Below, piece by piece: positions 22,384-33,639 of a stretch of DNA of 64,000 nucleotides. The notes below the pieces were generated by a model. That model had not been told where the DNA came from. It saw only the letters and a list, made by a program, of their open reading frames with translations, and ran no database searches. The stretch spans positions 186,001 to 250,000 of the IMG/VR virus record IMGVR_UViG_3300038424_000251, one strand, 5' to 3'. Numbering within the stretch: position 1 is the stretch's first letter; every line of letters starts with the position of its first letter. The position numbers and the translations under genes were made by a program.

Positions 22384-22420
22384 GAGGCGTTCTATTTCGG
22401 GTGGAACGCCTCCCTTTTGT
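22384..22420 (+). terminator. intrinsic terminator between rIIB and GIY-YIG gene
   Basis: gaggcgttcta-tttcggg-tggaacgcctc followed by ccttttgttt. Confidence 0.7.
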
Positions 22421-22428
22421 TTATCAAT

Positions 22429-23211
22429 ATGCCAGAAACATCTATTATAAAGATAGGAAGAATTTATTTGATAACAAATCTAATAAACAATAAAAAGTAT
22501 ATTGGAATAACTACACGCACCGTAGAAAAAAGGTTTAAAGAACACATCCGAACATCAAATAATGAAAAATATTCTTTCCTCATAAATAAATCCATTAAAA
22601 AATATGGAAAAGAAAATTTTAAAATTGAATTGGTAAAAGAATTGTATGATACTACTGAAAACGAATTGTTGTTTGAAGAGTCGTTTTACATAAATAAATA
22701 CAACACACTAATTGATAATGGTTGTGGTTATAATTTATTAAAATATGATGATGGTCATCTAATTTTCAGTAAGGATATGAGAAAAAGAATGAGTGAATCT
22801 CATAAAGGAGAAAAAAATTATAATTTTGGAAAACATTATACGGAGGAAGAAAAAATCAAACAATCTTTATCACATATAGGAAAACAAATCGGAAAAGATA
22901 ATCCTTTTTTTGGAAAAACTCACACAAAAGAAACCAAAGAACTAATATCGTCAATTCACAAAGGAAAAATAACATCAAAAGAAAGTAGAAAAAAGATGTC
23001 CATTTCTCAAAAGCTAAGATTTGAAAATGTGAATAATTGTTTTAATATTGATTTCACAACAAGGAAATTTAAGAACATTCTTACAGGCGAAGAATTTGTA
23101 GGACTCAGACGCAATTTTAGGAGAAAATATGACTTGAAAAAATGTAGTGTGAATGCCTTAATAAATGGCCGATTAAAAATTCTTAAAGGATGGATTTTAG
23201 TTGAGGCTTGA
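22429..23211 (+). CDS. free-standing GIY-YIG (Seg-like) homing endonuclease with NUMOD3 repeats
   Basis: GRIYLITNLINNKKYIGIT, RFKEH, E...I, N...GYN; GEKNYNFGKH and GKDNPFFGKTH repeats; ATG at 22429. Confidence 0.9.
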   Translation: MPETSIIKIGRIYLITNLINNKKYIGITTRTVEKRFKEHIRTSNNEKYSFLINKSIKKYGKENFKIELVKELYDTTENELLFEESFYINKYNTLIDNGCGYNLLKYDDGHLIFSKDMRKRMSESHKGEKNYNFGKHYTEEEKIKQSLSHIGKQIGKDNPFFGKTHTKETKELISSIHKGKITSKESRKKMSISQKLRFENVNNCFNIDFTTRKFKNILTGEEFVGLRRNFRRKYDLKKCSVNALINGRLKILKGWILVEA

Positions 23212-23248
23212 CTTCTTATAAAATTGTGGTATTATAAATGATAACACT

Positions 23249-24873
23249 ATGAAAAACATTACTGCGAAACAAATCATAGACGCTTTGTTTGAATATATTG
23301 AAATAATGGGGTGTGGAAAAGCTGAAAAGTTAGGTGCCGAAGAAACAGAGTTTATGGCAAATGTTTGCCAATCTGATGAAGGTATAATGTTTGATGGTTT
23401 TGACGGTGATGCCTTCATTGACAGAAAACGATTTACAAAATTTATCAAAGAAAAATTCAGAAACTAATTTTGTGTTACGCAAATTATTCATTTGGCTTTT
23501 CGGTGGTTGTCGCCACAATTGGAGTAAATGGCGTGAAAATTTTGCCGGTTCTTCCTTTCAATGCCGTGAATGTTCAATATGTGGTAAACGTCAGGAAAAA
23601 ATGATATACAGATGGTAAAATTTGAAATTATAGTTCAGCCGTTGATTGCCGCAATGCTCCAAGACAGAATAGTATGCGATGTTACAGAATCTCATATTAT
23701 TCACCCTTTACTTGGAAAAATATCTTCATGGCGTGGTTCTGTTGAAGAAGAATATTTTTCAATTTTGTTTGCAAAAGGGGTTCTCACCGTTTCATTGGTG
23801 GAAAGAGAGTACAACTTGGGAAGTTCTGTTATCAATTATGCTATTTCTGAACATTTATCCAAAATATTAAAGGAAAATAAAGACAATACAGCTTTGAGAA
23901 CGGCAGCCATTCTTGATTACCACACAAGACAAAGCCCAAGAGAACAAAGCGAAGTTTCTTTTATTGATGTAATGGTGATATTGGAATGGCGGTATGCTGA
24001 ACGAGCTAAAATCTATTATAATCCGTTGGACGAATACATTGGACAAATATGAAAAAGAAAATTTTCAGGCAAATGTTGATTTATCGTGGAAACTCTACAA
24101 GTTTTGAATCATTTGTTGTAGCAACCGACTCAAAAGCGCTTACTTGGGAATTGCGTGGGCATGGTGAAACTCCTGCAGAAGCGGCTGAAAATGGATGGAA
24201 CAAATTTAATAGTAACGAAACCACTTGGAAAAATTTTGGTCGCGTAACTTAAATAATATGTTTACATTATCTTCACCATTCATTGAACCTGCTAAGTTCA
24301 ACGACAGAATTCATGGAACTAAATCAGGAGATACTGACTATAAACGTAATACTTACGCATTATGTCAGTGTGTTGATTTAACCAAGTTGAGTATTATTTT
24401 AGAAAAAATGGTTAACGAAGATAAACTCAATCCTCAGATAGCAAATGTTTTTATGACACAAGCAAGAGTATTGTTGGCTTCAATGCTTTCTGAAAATAAT
24501 AGGATTCATGATTTATGAAAAAATATAAATTCAACAATGAAGAAGTAAAGATTGTCGAACCTCTTAATATTAAAGATAAAGATGGAACTTGGGTTCAAAT
24601 CGAATATCTTACAGGTGAGAACAAAGGAGCAAGACAACCAATAACATTGGAAGAATTAATGGAAATTACATGAACAAAGCATTCCCCATGATAGACGGGC
24701 CACCGATTGAATGGGAAGAAGCTGAAAAAATATACAAAATTTATTACTGTTTATTTGGTAACATTCAATCACTTGAAGAAATTGCCAAACGTGGTGGTTT
24801 TAGATATAGTGAAGTCGAATACATGAAAAAAGAATATGAAAATAAAAAATGTAGTTGTAATAAAAATTTATGA
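23249..24873 (+). other. run of small hypothetical ORFs (23249..23467, about 23470..23618, 23612..24052, 24049..24252, about 24258..24518, 24670..24873)
   Basis: ORF track; abutting co-oriented ORFs. Confidence 0.55.
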
Positions 24874-26360
24874 AAAAATTGTTTATCGGAATAATATTCC
24901 AAATAACACTTTTTGGAAGTATTCAGTTCTCCACCGCTCAATTATATAACATTGTAGATTTAGGACCTTGCGCACCATACGCTATTAATAATGAAGGTCA
25001 AATTGTTGGTGAGATGTCTGGTAGTGCTTTTTTAAGATATAGTGATGGCACTATAACTAATTTAGGGAGTCTGCCCGGCAGTCCTTATAGTAGCACAGCA
25101 TGTAGTGTTAATGATAACGGAACGGTGGTTGGTTATAGTTATATACCACCGAACGGCTCTATAACTCATGCCTTCTTATGGAGCAGCAATTCCGGAATGA
25201 TTGATTTGGGAACTTTAGGTGGTTCTGATATGGATAGCCAAGCAGATGGTATTAATAATAGTAACCAAGTGGTCGGCTATTCTCAAATAAGAACAACAAA
25301 TGGTCCCATTTTCATGCGTGCTTTTTTATGGAGTAGTAAAAGCGGGATGATTAATTTAGGACTTATTAATCCCACTGATACTGACAGTAGAGCATATAGT
25401 ATTAATAATAGCGGTAAAATAGTTGGTGAATCCTTTCCTTCAAGTGGAAATTCACATGCATTTTTATCTAATAGTAATAGGATGACAGATTTAAGTTTTC
25501 CTGTCCCTTTTAACGGTAGCACAGCATATAGTATCAATGATGAAAATCAAATTGTTGGTTGTAGTGTTCCTCCCGGCATTTCACATGCTTTGTGGTGGAA
25601 TTCTAATAGTAATAAAATGGTTGATATAGGTACATTAGGTGGATGGGTAAGTATAGCAAATAGTATTAATAACAAAAATCAGATTGTAGGATATTCCTAT
25701 ATAGATCCTATCCCCATATCCGGAGTGACACCTACATCAAGTGCCTTTTTATACAGTGGTAGTGAATTATTTAATCTTAATTCATTAATTTCAACTAATT
25801 CTGGATGGTATTTACACTATGCCATTGCTATCAATGATAATGGACAAATTATCGGCTGGGGCACTAATCCTTCGGGTCAAAGTGACGGATTTTTACTCAA
25901 TTTAGTCTCTTCACCAACTCTTACCATAAATATTTCCAATCATTATATAATTTTGGAGTGGTCAACTAATTTTTCAAATTTCATATTGGAATCCACCACA
26001 AACTTATTGCTTTCACACTGGAACATTGTTTCCAATACTCCAACCATTACTAATGGAAATTATACTGTAATTCTACCAACTGTTAACAAACAAATGTTTT
26101 TTAGATTATATGAGGCAATTCAATATCAACCTGTATTACTAACTCTCAATATTACAAATGTTTCTAATTATGTGATTTTGACATGGGGACCAGCAGCTAA
26201 TGTTTCAAGCAGCTTTATATTGGAATCTACTCCAAGTTTGGCTCCAACTGCAGTATGGAATGTCGTTTCTACTAATTCTCCTGCTATTATTGAAGGTCAA
26301 TATACTGTAACTAATTCTATATCTGGTCCATCTATGTTTTTCCGATTGCGATTAAATTAA
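24870..26360 (+). CDS. secreted HAF-repeat protein with two C-terminal beta-sandwich-type repeats
   Basis: Signal peptide; repeats HAFLWS..GMIDLGTLGG...A.GINN..QVVG; two copies of L.W...FILEST..L...W...N.T......FFRL. Confidence 0.85.
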   Translation: MKKLFIGIIFQITLFGSIQFSTAQLYNIVDLGPCAPYAINNEGQIVGEMSGSAFLRYSDGTITNLGSLPGSPYSSTACSVNDNGTVVGYSYIPPNGSITHAFLWSSNSGMIDLGTLGGSDMDSQADGINNSNQVVGYSQIRTTNGPIFMRAFLWSSKSGMINLGLINPTDTDSRAYSINNSGKIVGESFPSSGNSHAFLSNSNRMTDLSFPVPFNGSTAYSINDENQIVGCSVPPGISHALWWNSNSNKMVDIGTLGGWVSIANSINNKNQIVGYSYIDPIPISGVTPTSSAFLYSGSELFNLNSLISTNSGWYLHYAIAINDNGQIIGWGTNPSGQSDGFLLNLVSSPTLTINISNHYIILEWSTNFSNFILESTTNLLLSHWNIVSNTPTITNGNYTVILPTVNKQMFFRLYEAIQYQPVLLTLNITNVSNYVILTWGPAANVSSSFILESTPSLAPTAVWNVVSTNSPAIIEGQYTVTNSISGPSMFFRLRLN

Positions 26361-26440
26361 TAATTTTCATCATGGATTTGGAAAATAAAAGAATAAAGTA
26401 AGAGGCTTGACTTTTTCTATATTTCTGATAAACTTTAACC

Positions 26441-26689
26441 ATGAACGCAATCACAGACTCAATAGCCATAAATCATAGTGGTTGGGATGATATTGGCGAA
26501 TACGGCGATATTCAACTTTACGATGCTACGTTAGTTGTGGATACACCAAAATTGAAGAAAGGCACAAAAGTTGATGTTGTTGCCTTCTTATTTTCAAAAA
26601 GTCAGTGCGAAATCTACAAGAAACTTGGCAAAGGACCTACATCAGTAGAAATTGTTGATAAATTTCCGCTAAAACTTGTTGTAGCTTAA
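26441..26689 (+). CDS. hypothetical protein, leaderless cassette
   Basis: ATG 6 nt after -10 TAAACT (26429-34). Confidence 0.65.
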   Translation: MNAITDSIAINHSGWDDIGEYGDIQLYDATLVVDTPKLKKGTKVDVVAFLFSKSQCEIYKKLGKGPTSVEIVDKFPLKLVVA

Positions 26690-26695
26690 TGACTT

Positions 26696-27649
26696 ATGGG
26701 TTACGCACATATTGAAAATCTTTACAAGAATCAGTGGATTCTTCTGTTCAAGGAATGTTATGCGCTTGAAAAGATTCACGGAACAAGCGCGCATATCCAT
26801 TTCAATCCACCCGTTACGCCCACTTCAACGGGTCGACTGACCTTTTTCGCTGGTGGTGAGAGCCACAATAAGTTCTTATCACTATTCAACGAGGCAGAAC
26901 TACTGAAAGCCTTTAATAACCTTGGTATTCCTTGTGATAAATCCGTTACTGTTTACGGTGAAGCCTATGGTGGTAAATGTCAAGGAATGTCGCATACTTA
27001 CGGTCCAAATCTCAAATTTATTGTATTTGATGTTCAGATTGGCGATTGTTGGTTGAATGTTCCCGATGCTGAACAGGTTGCTAAGAAATTGGGCCTTGAA
27101 TTTGTTCATTATATCAAAGTTTCTTTGGCAAAAGCTACAATAAATGGCCTTGGTATTTTAATTGTTGAAACATCATTGAGCGGTGTTGACCAACAAAGAG
27201 ATGCATGTAGCGTTCAATCCGTTAGAAACGGTGTTACTACTGCTGAAGATTACATGGCAGGCAAAGGAAAGAAACGTGAAGGCGTTGTTCTTCGGCCTTT
27301 AATTGAACTTACTATGAATAATGGTGAACGAGTAATTTGTAAACACAAAGGCGAAGAGTTTAAGGAAACCGCCACTCCCCGACCTGTCGTTGACCCGTCA
27401 AAACTGAAAATGTTGGAAGACGCAAACGCCATTGCAAATGAGTGGGTAACAGCAACAAGATTACAACACGTTATTGACAAGATTCCCGGTCATTGTATGG
27501 AGAAAATGCGAGAAATTATTTCAGCAATGACCGAAGATGTATTGCGTGAGGCAAAAGGTGAAATTGTAGAATCCGATGCGGTAAAGAAAGCTATTTCTAA
27601 AAAGACTGTAGAAATGTATAAGAATTTTCTTAAATCACAAATGAAATAA
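26696..27649 (+). CDS. Rnl2-family RNA ligase
   Basis: Motif I ALEKIHGTS, VYGEAYGG, FIVFDVQ, REGVVLRP, ICKHKGEEFKE. Confidence 0.85.
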   Translation: MGYAHIENLYKNQWILLFKECYALEKIHGTSAHIHFNPPVTPTSTGRLTFFAGGESHNKFLSLFNEAELLKAFNNLGIPCDKSVTVYGEAYGGKCQGMSHTYGPNLKFIVFDVQIGDCWLNVPDAEQVAKKLGLEFVHYIKVSLAKATINGLGILIVETSLSGVDQQRDACSVQSVRNGVTTAEDYMAGKGKKREGVVLRPLIELTMNNGERVICKHKGEEFKETATPRPVVDPSKLKMLEDANAIANEWVTATRLQHVIDKIPGHCMEKMREIISAMTEDVLREAKGEIVESDAVKKAISKKTVEMYKNFLKSQMK

Positions 27650-27757
27650 TGAAAAATTTCTTTCAATGGTTATGGGCAGCAGTAAGATTTATTCCTGCTG
27701 CTTTAATTCTTACGATGTATAAATCTTTAAAGGAACGTTCAAAGAAAAAATAACAAA

Positions 27758-30700
27758 ATGAACGCTCAAGAAGAAATTTTAGGATTGACTAATCTCTACA
27801 ATAGGTTGGCTTCCTTGATTGGCCGAAAAATCACAAGGGATGAACAGAGGAAACTTTCTGTTATTCATGATGATTGTCTTATTTTTGATAATTTCAGTGT
27901 TTCTCTAAAAACAGGAACATTTTGTTCTTATTTAATTTCTAAAATAGAATGAAATCATCTTATCGCTCTTTCTCTATTCGGAAGCATAATGATGGATATA
28001 ATGCTTTCGTTGGTTTTACTCGTATATTTTCACAAGACCTTCCTAATGTTCACCGCACAAAAATAGCAATAAATTTATGGAGAAAATATCACATGAACTA
28101 TAAACGATTCTGGGGATATTTTAGATTCCTTCTTATTAACCGTTACAATTATAACGGAATATACGGAAAACTTATTCCTATTAAAACATTGGAGAAAACC
28201 AAGTGACGCTTGACATTTTATAAAAGTGTGATAAAATTTTACCATGAAACTATTTGTATTCTTACCATCTAAATTTTGGGGTTATTGCGGCGGCATGGCT
28301 ATTGCCACGGGCAATACGTTTGAAGAAGCTGCAAAATCTATCCAAGACCATGAAGATAAAATTCATGACGCCATGAAATGGGACATAACTCTTATGAAGT
28401 TTCTCCGAAAAGATTTTGAAAAAGAGCCAAGAAGTTGTGAAGAAGTGGACAGTTGGGTATTGTTATATGAAATTACTGTAACTTCTAAGCAGTCTCCCAT
28501 TTGTGAAATCAATTTTAACTATGCTTAACAAATTGGGGTAATGAAAAATAATGAATTCAAAGTTGGTGACAGAGTAAAATCAGCATCCAAAAAAGATGCT
28601 TTCGATATAGCCTGTGGTTTTGCTACTCCAAAGAAAATCACAACTAAAACGGAATTTGAAGTCGCTGTTATTGTTGAGAATGGAATAACTGACGATATGG
28701 GCACAAAACAAAGTGGACTTATTATTATTCCTCTTTATGAAGATAGAAACGAATTTTTCTGGCCGTATGTGTGGAATTTCAAAAAGTTTGTGAAAATTTG
28801 ATTTTATGAAACAAGTTACAGTTAACTTAGATTTTTCCAAAGTCTATGAATCACGCCCGAATGATGGAATGGTTGGTAGTATAATCTTAAAAGCACTAAA
28901 AAGTAAGAAAATTAAAATAATAAAATTTCGTTATACTTATGTCGAATCTAAATATGGGATATCTGAAATGCCACGAGATTTAATTTTAGCATCATTTATA
29001 AATGACCACTATAAAGGATTTGAGTGGTATTTAGATAGATTATCTGGAAAATACACATTTACATTTAAAAATTGACATCAAAGTTGTAAAAATTGTATGA
29101 AACTAAATATCCCTGAAATCTGTGATGAACCGATGGAATACATATACAAAGGATTTGAAGGAATGTTCATTCCCGGCAACAAAGTTCCAACAAATCGTAG
29201 ATTCCAAAAAGCATCATCAGTAATCCTTTTAATTCGTGCATGGAATTATTGTGGAGCGTTTATTAAGACACCCCAAATACCACCACGAAAAGCAACAGAA
29301 AAAGAATACGAACTTATTTACAACGCATTTAATTCTCAAAACAAATAATAATATGGAAAAGCATTACGGAAAAGTAGTAATAAGTAGAAATAAAAAAGGG
29401 CAAAACTACGTTCGTGTAGAAAAACTGGATACAGACCATGTTTATCTTAGTCGTTCGCCTCGTCAGGCAGTTAGTAATTTTGATATTGCCGTTCAAAGAA
29501 ATGATAAATGGTATTTCGTTCAGTGGATTAATCCTCATATTGAAAGTTGTTTGGGCGGAGGCAAATTTGATACTTTGCAAGAATTAATCCAATGTGCAAT
29601 TGATAACGGTGATACTGTTTATGAATTTGAAGAATATGCTTCTGCGGCACATTTAGCTAACAACGGTTAATTTATGAAACAATCTATTACTTATTCTACG
29701 CCACACAGCGTTTATTTCATTTCTGGTGGTGTATATGGTGGAACAATTTCAGCACCTACACGAAAACAATTATTGGAAGAAATAAAGAAATTTTGTGATA
29801 AACACAAAAACGAAGCAGAAGTGATTACATTCGGACCCATTAAAAAGACAGTGGAAACATGGGAAGTTAAAGGAAAGTTCACAATTTTTAGAGAAATCAC
29901 CAATACATTTCTAAACGGTGGTAAAAATTTGAGAAAATTTTACAAAGAAATAAATCTATGAATAAAAAATACCTAATCCTTAGTCGTTGTGAAGATGAAG
30001 TCGGTTACGATGTCGTCACAAAATCAGAATTAAACAAAAAATTACAAAGTGGAGAATATGAAGGATATACTTTTCTTGATGGCACCGAGAAAATTGATTT
30101 AGAATACTTTCCATCCAAGTCCGTTCTGATTATGGCTGGTGAATTTGTTATACCAAAACCGAAAAAAGTTGTCACAGAATGGGAAGTGTGATAACGTGTT
30201 AACGCTTGACTTTTTACAAATTCCTGATAAACTATTCAACATTATGAAAAATCTATCGCTAATTCTATCCATTGTCGGCATTTTAATTTTGAGCTGTGAA
30301 ATTCGATTGGGTATTTTGAGCAGTTACAACTATGAGAAACACTATTCTCAACTGTGGTCATTGGCTGAAAAATCTTCAACGATTCCAGCAAAACAACAAT
30401 ATATTTCCCAATTTCTCAATACTCTAAAACAAGGTAAAACAAATGGAGATTTTGCTGAATACGATGCTCTTTTTCTCAAAACACCAAATAACAATTTTGA
30501 CGCCAATCTGAAAGCTTTGGAAACTCTTTCCGCACGGTTGACCGAAATTCAAAGTATGGATCCTTCGTCTTTTCAATATAACACCGCAATTCAACAGATT
30601 ACCGCACAAGAACAAGGTGAGGCTGGACCAATGTTATCAGTATTTCAAGGATGTTATGATTTGAATAATTATTTCTTTATTTGGAACTGGGTAGGTGGAA

Positions 30701-30771
30701 CGCTTGTCATATCTTCCTTGCTTTTAATCATTGTATTCGGATTGGTAAGACTTATGTGGGATCTAACTTAA
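27758..30771 (+). other. run of small hypothetical ORFs (27758..27952, 27949..28206, 28244..28528, 28541..28801, 28806..29075, 29097..29348, about 29353..29670, 29674..29961, 29958..30191, 30244..30771 membrane)
   Basis: ORF track; abutting, several promoters. Confidence 0.6.
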
Positions 30772-30775
30772 CATT

Positions 30776-31378
30776 ATGAAAATAAAAACACTAATCGTAG
30801 CAACATTCATATCTCTATTCGCATCGGCGATTCCTGTTTTCGCCACTGAAACCAATACTCCGGCTACCAATAATCCATCATTATTGGAGCAGGCAAAAAC
30901 TACAGCGCATACGATTGTAGCAACCAATCTTAATGAAGTTGTTATCAGTATGCTCCAAGGCGTCAAAACCGCCAGTGGTGAAATCTATGACGCTTCCAAA
31001 ACTGCCATTATAAAGTCAGTTGACTTTGCTTCGGAGCAGGCACCGTTGGTGGTAAAAGAATTTCTCCACTGGAAGATGGCACAAGCAGTTATTTATGCTA
31101 TCATTTGGATTATTCCGTCATTAGCTTTCTTCTGGTTTGCTCGGAAAGCTCGTCTTCTTGCTAAATCAGACAAAATTCCCGAAAATGACAAATACACTAC
31201 CGACAAAGGCGATTTGGCAGGGTGGAAGTGGTTTTTCAGAATTGTAGGAATAATTTTATTAATGATTAATCTTTCAATAAATGGTATGACTATTACTCAA
31301 ATTTTGGTGGCACCCCGCGTATATTTGATTGAATACGTGGTTAATAGCATACAAGGTATGCAGCAACACCATAACTAA
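30776..31378 (+). CDS. membrane protein with signal peptide, paralog of 33030..33608
   Basis: Shared TNLN.V...ML.GVK.ASGEIY.ASK.AI.KSVDF..EQAP.V.K.FL.W and APKVY/APRVY blocks. Confidence 0.75.
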   Translation: MKIKTLIVATFISLFASAIPVFATETNTPATNNPSLLEQAKTTAHTIVATNLNEVVISMLQGVKTASGEIYDASKTAIIKSVDFASEQAPLVVKEFLHWKMAQAVIYAIIWIIPSLAFFWFARKARLLAKSDKIPENDKYTTDKGDLAGWKWFFRIVGIILLMINLSINGMTITQILVAPRVYLIEYVVNSIQGMQQHHN

Positions 31379-31554
31379 AATTTTTGTGAAAATAATACGG
31401 TCAATTAATCAATGGTATGACAGAGTAAGAGAGCCATACAGATTTTTACTAGCCATATCAGTCATTACAGGCTTTATTATCTGTTCTTTATATTTTAGAC
31501 CAATGGGTATATTGCTCCTTCTGATTCTTTTAGTATTACGACTATACTATCTTT

Positions 31555-32796
31555 ATGCTTAAATATGCAAACGAATTCACGGTAACAGGTACTGGGCCTG
31601 TTCCCGTGGATATGATGCGATATGACCGATGCACACCATTGACACAAGAAGATGCTGCTTTTGCAGACCGTGAAATACATTGCTTAAATCATTCATCTCT
31701 TCCAGAAATTTCAATACAAATGATTAGGTTCACCGAAGGAAATGGGAAGCACCATGCTGACCATCCAGCAACTGGACGGTGGAATAGCTTTGGTTGGGAC
31801 GTGTCTAATGTAAGTTGGCGAAAATTGGAGTAAGAGAAAACTTGACTTTCTCAAAGAATCGTGATAGACTATTTTCCTAATGAAAAGAACGCTATCAAAA
31901 CAAAAGAGAAATCGGAGAGCACTCCGAAAAAATTCTCCTGCGGAAACTAGAGAAAATAAAGCTACTAAGGCTCTTGAAACTATTCTAGCAATGTCAGAAA
32001 TATATTACAACGATTCTAAATTTATTCTAATATCTAAAATAGCAAGAGAAGGATTGGAATGAAAACTCAAAAATTTCCAATAATCGGTTACATTGCCGTT
32101 TGGCCTTCCAATAGAATTGTCAAGGTAAAGGTTGAACCTTGTAAAAATAATCCTCTGTATCCTTTTGTTCTAATATCTTTGGAAAAAGGTGTGAAGTTAG
32201 GAACATTGCAATCTAACAGATTTCATATCGCTGACCCCTCACTCATTACTCTTTACAAATCACGCAAAGAAGGTGAGAAGGCCGAATTGGAAAAGCTACA
32301 CGACCAATATTTACAAGAAAAGCGAGAATTGAGAAAACAACAAGAAAGAGTAAAATTGGCAAACAAACAAATTGCCGAATACAAAGCATTTGGGCAAATT
32401 CAAACCGTTTATGCGTAATTTATTAAAACTAATAAACGCCTTATCAAATTGTCCAAGAACTGCAGATGGATTAAAAAAAGAAGGCATTGACAACGCTTTG
32501 GAAATTGCCAAAGAATATCCCAATTTGTTCACTGTTTCATTTTTAGTTTCAACACCTATAATTTCTTTACGTTTTATGAATGAAAAATCACAAAGAATAC
32601 AATGTGGAAAAGGTTCAAGACCCCGACCTGTAAAGGGTAATGTTTACCGAGAACGGTTTGATAAAATTTTTGGAAAGAAAAAGAAATCGATTGAAAAAAA
32701 GAAAGAAAAAACATTGTGCCCTCATTGTGCAACACTTAATTTGATTCAGGAATCTCCGTGGATTGAAAAGTGTCTTAAATGTGGTTGGTCAAGATG
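31555..32796 (+). other. small hypothetical ORFs (31555..31833, 31880..32062, 32059..32418, and the C-terminal GKGSRPRP peptide of 32372..32797)
   Basis: ORF track; FTVTGTGPVPVDMMRYD and GKGSRPRP resemble small conserved phage proteins. Confidence 0.55.
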
Positions 32797-33029
32797 AATT
32801 TATTGGATTTGTTGGGAAGAATATCAAAAAGAACTACCTCTCTTGTAGAGATGTGGACGTTAGTTTGATTTTCACTTTCCAATAGATACACGCTACAAAT
32901 TGAGATTTTGGGATTTGGATTATTCAGTAAATCCAAATAATTATCAAGGTTTGTTCTATAAAGCGGTAAGTGGATGTATAGGAACTCCACGCTTGACTTT
33001 TTACAAAACTATTCTAAACTTATCAAACT

Positions 33030-33608
33030 ATGAAATCACTATTCTCAATCGTTGTTATGTCGTTGTTAGCATTGACCGTTCCGGTTTTTGCTCAAACCAA
33101 TACTCCTACTACTTTGGAACAAGTAAAGAATACCGCAACTGCCGTGGTATCAACCAACTTGAACCAAGTTCTTATTGAAATGCTTTCTGGTGTGAAAGAC
33201 GCCAGTGGAGAAATTTATGGAGCTTCCAAACAGGCAATCCACAAATCTGTTGATTTTATTGCCGAACAAGCTCCTGACGTGATTAAACAATTTCTCATGT
33301 GGCGATTGTTCCGCGCAGTAACTTGGGCTTCTATTTTCACATTTATAGCAGGTGTTTGTCTGTTTTTTTCCTATAAACTAAAAAAATATCAATCAAAAGC
33401 GAGCACAGAAAGTTATGGCGACCCATCTGAACACCAAGTAACTACACTTTTCAAGTGGATATTAGCAGTTGTTGCCTGTTTATTTATAACATTTGGTGTT
33501 GGTGCAAATGCATTTGAAATAGTTAAAATCAAAGTGGCACCGAAAGTTTACATTATTGAATATGTAATTGACACTATTCAAGGTCATCAAAATACTAACC
33601 ACCGATAA
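33030..33608 (+). CDS. membrane protein with signal peptide, paralog of 30776..31378
   Basis: Direct pairwise similarity visible by eye. Confidence 0.75.
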   Translation: MKSLFSIVVMSLLALTVPVFAQTNTPTTLEQVKNTATAVVSTNLNQVLIEMLSGVKDASGEIYGASKQAIHKSVDFIAEQAPDVIKQFLMWRLFRAVTWASIFTFIAGVCLFFSYKLKKYQSKASTESYGDPSEHQVTTLFKWILAVVACLFITFGVGANAFEIVKIKVAPKVYIIEYVIDTIQGHQNTNHR

Positions 33609-33639
33609 AATTACCATAATATTCATCATTAATTAGTTT

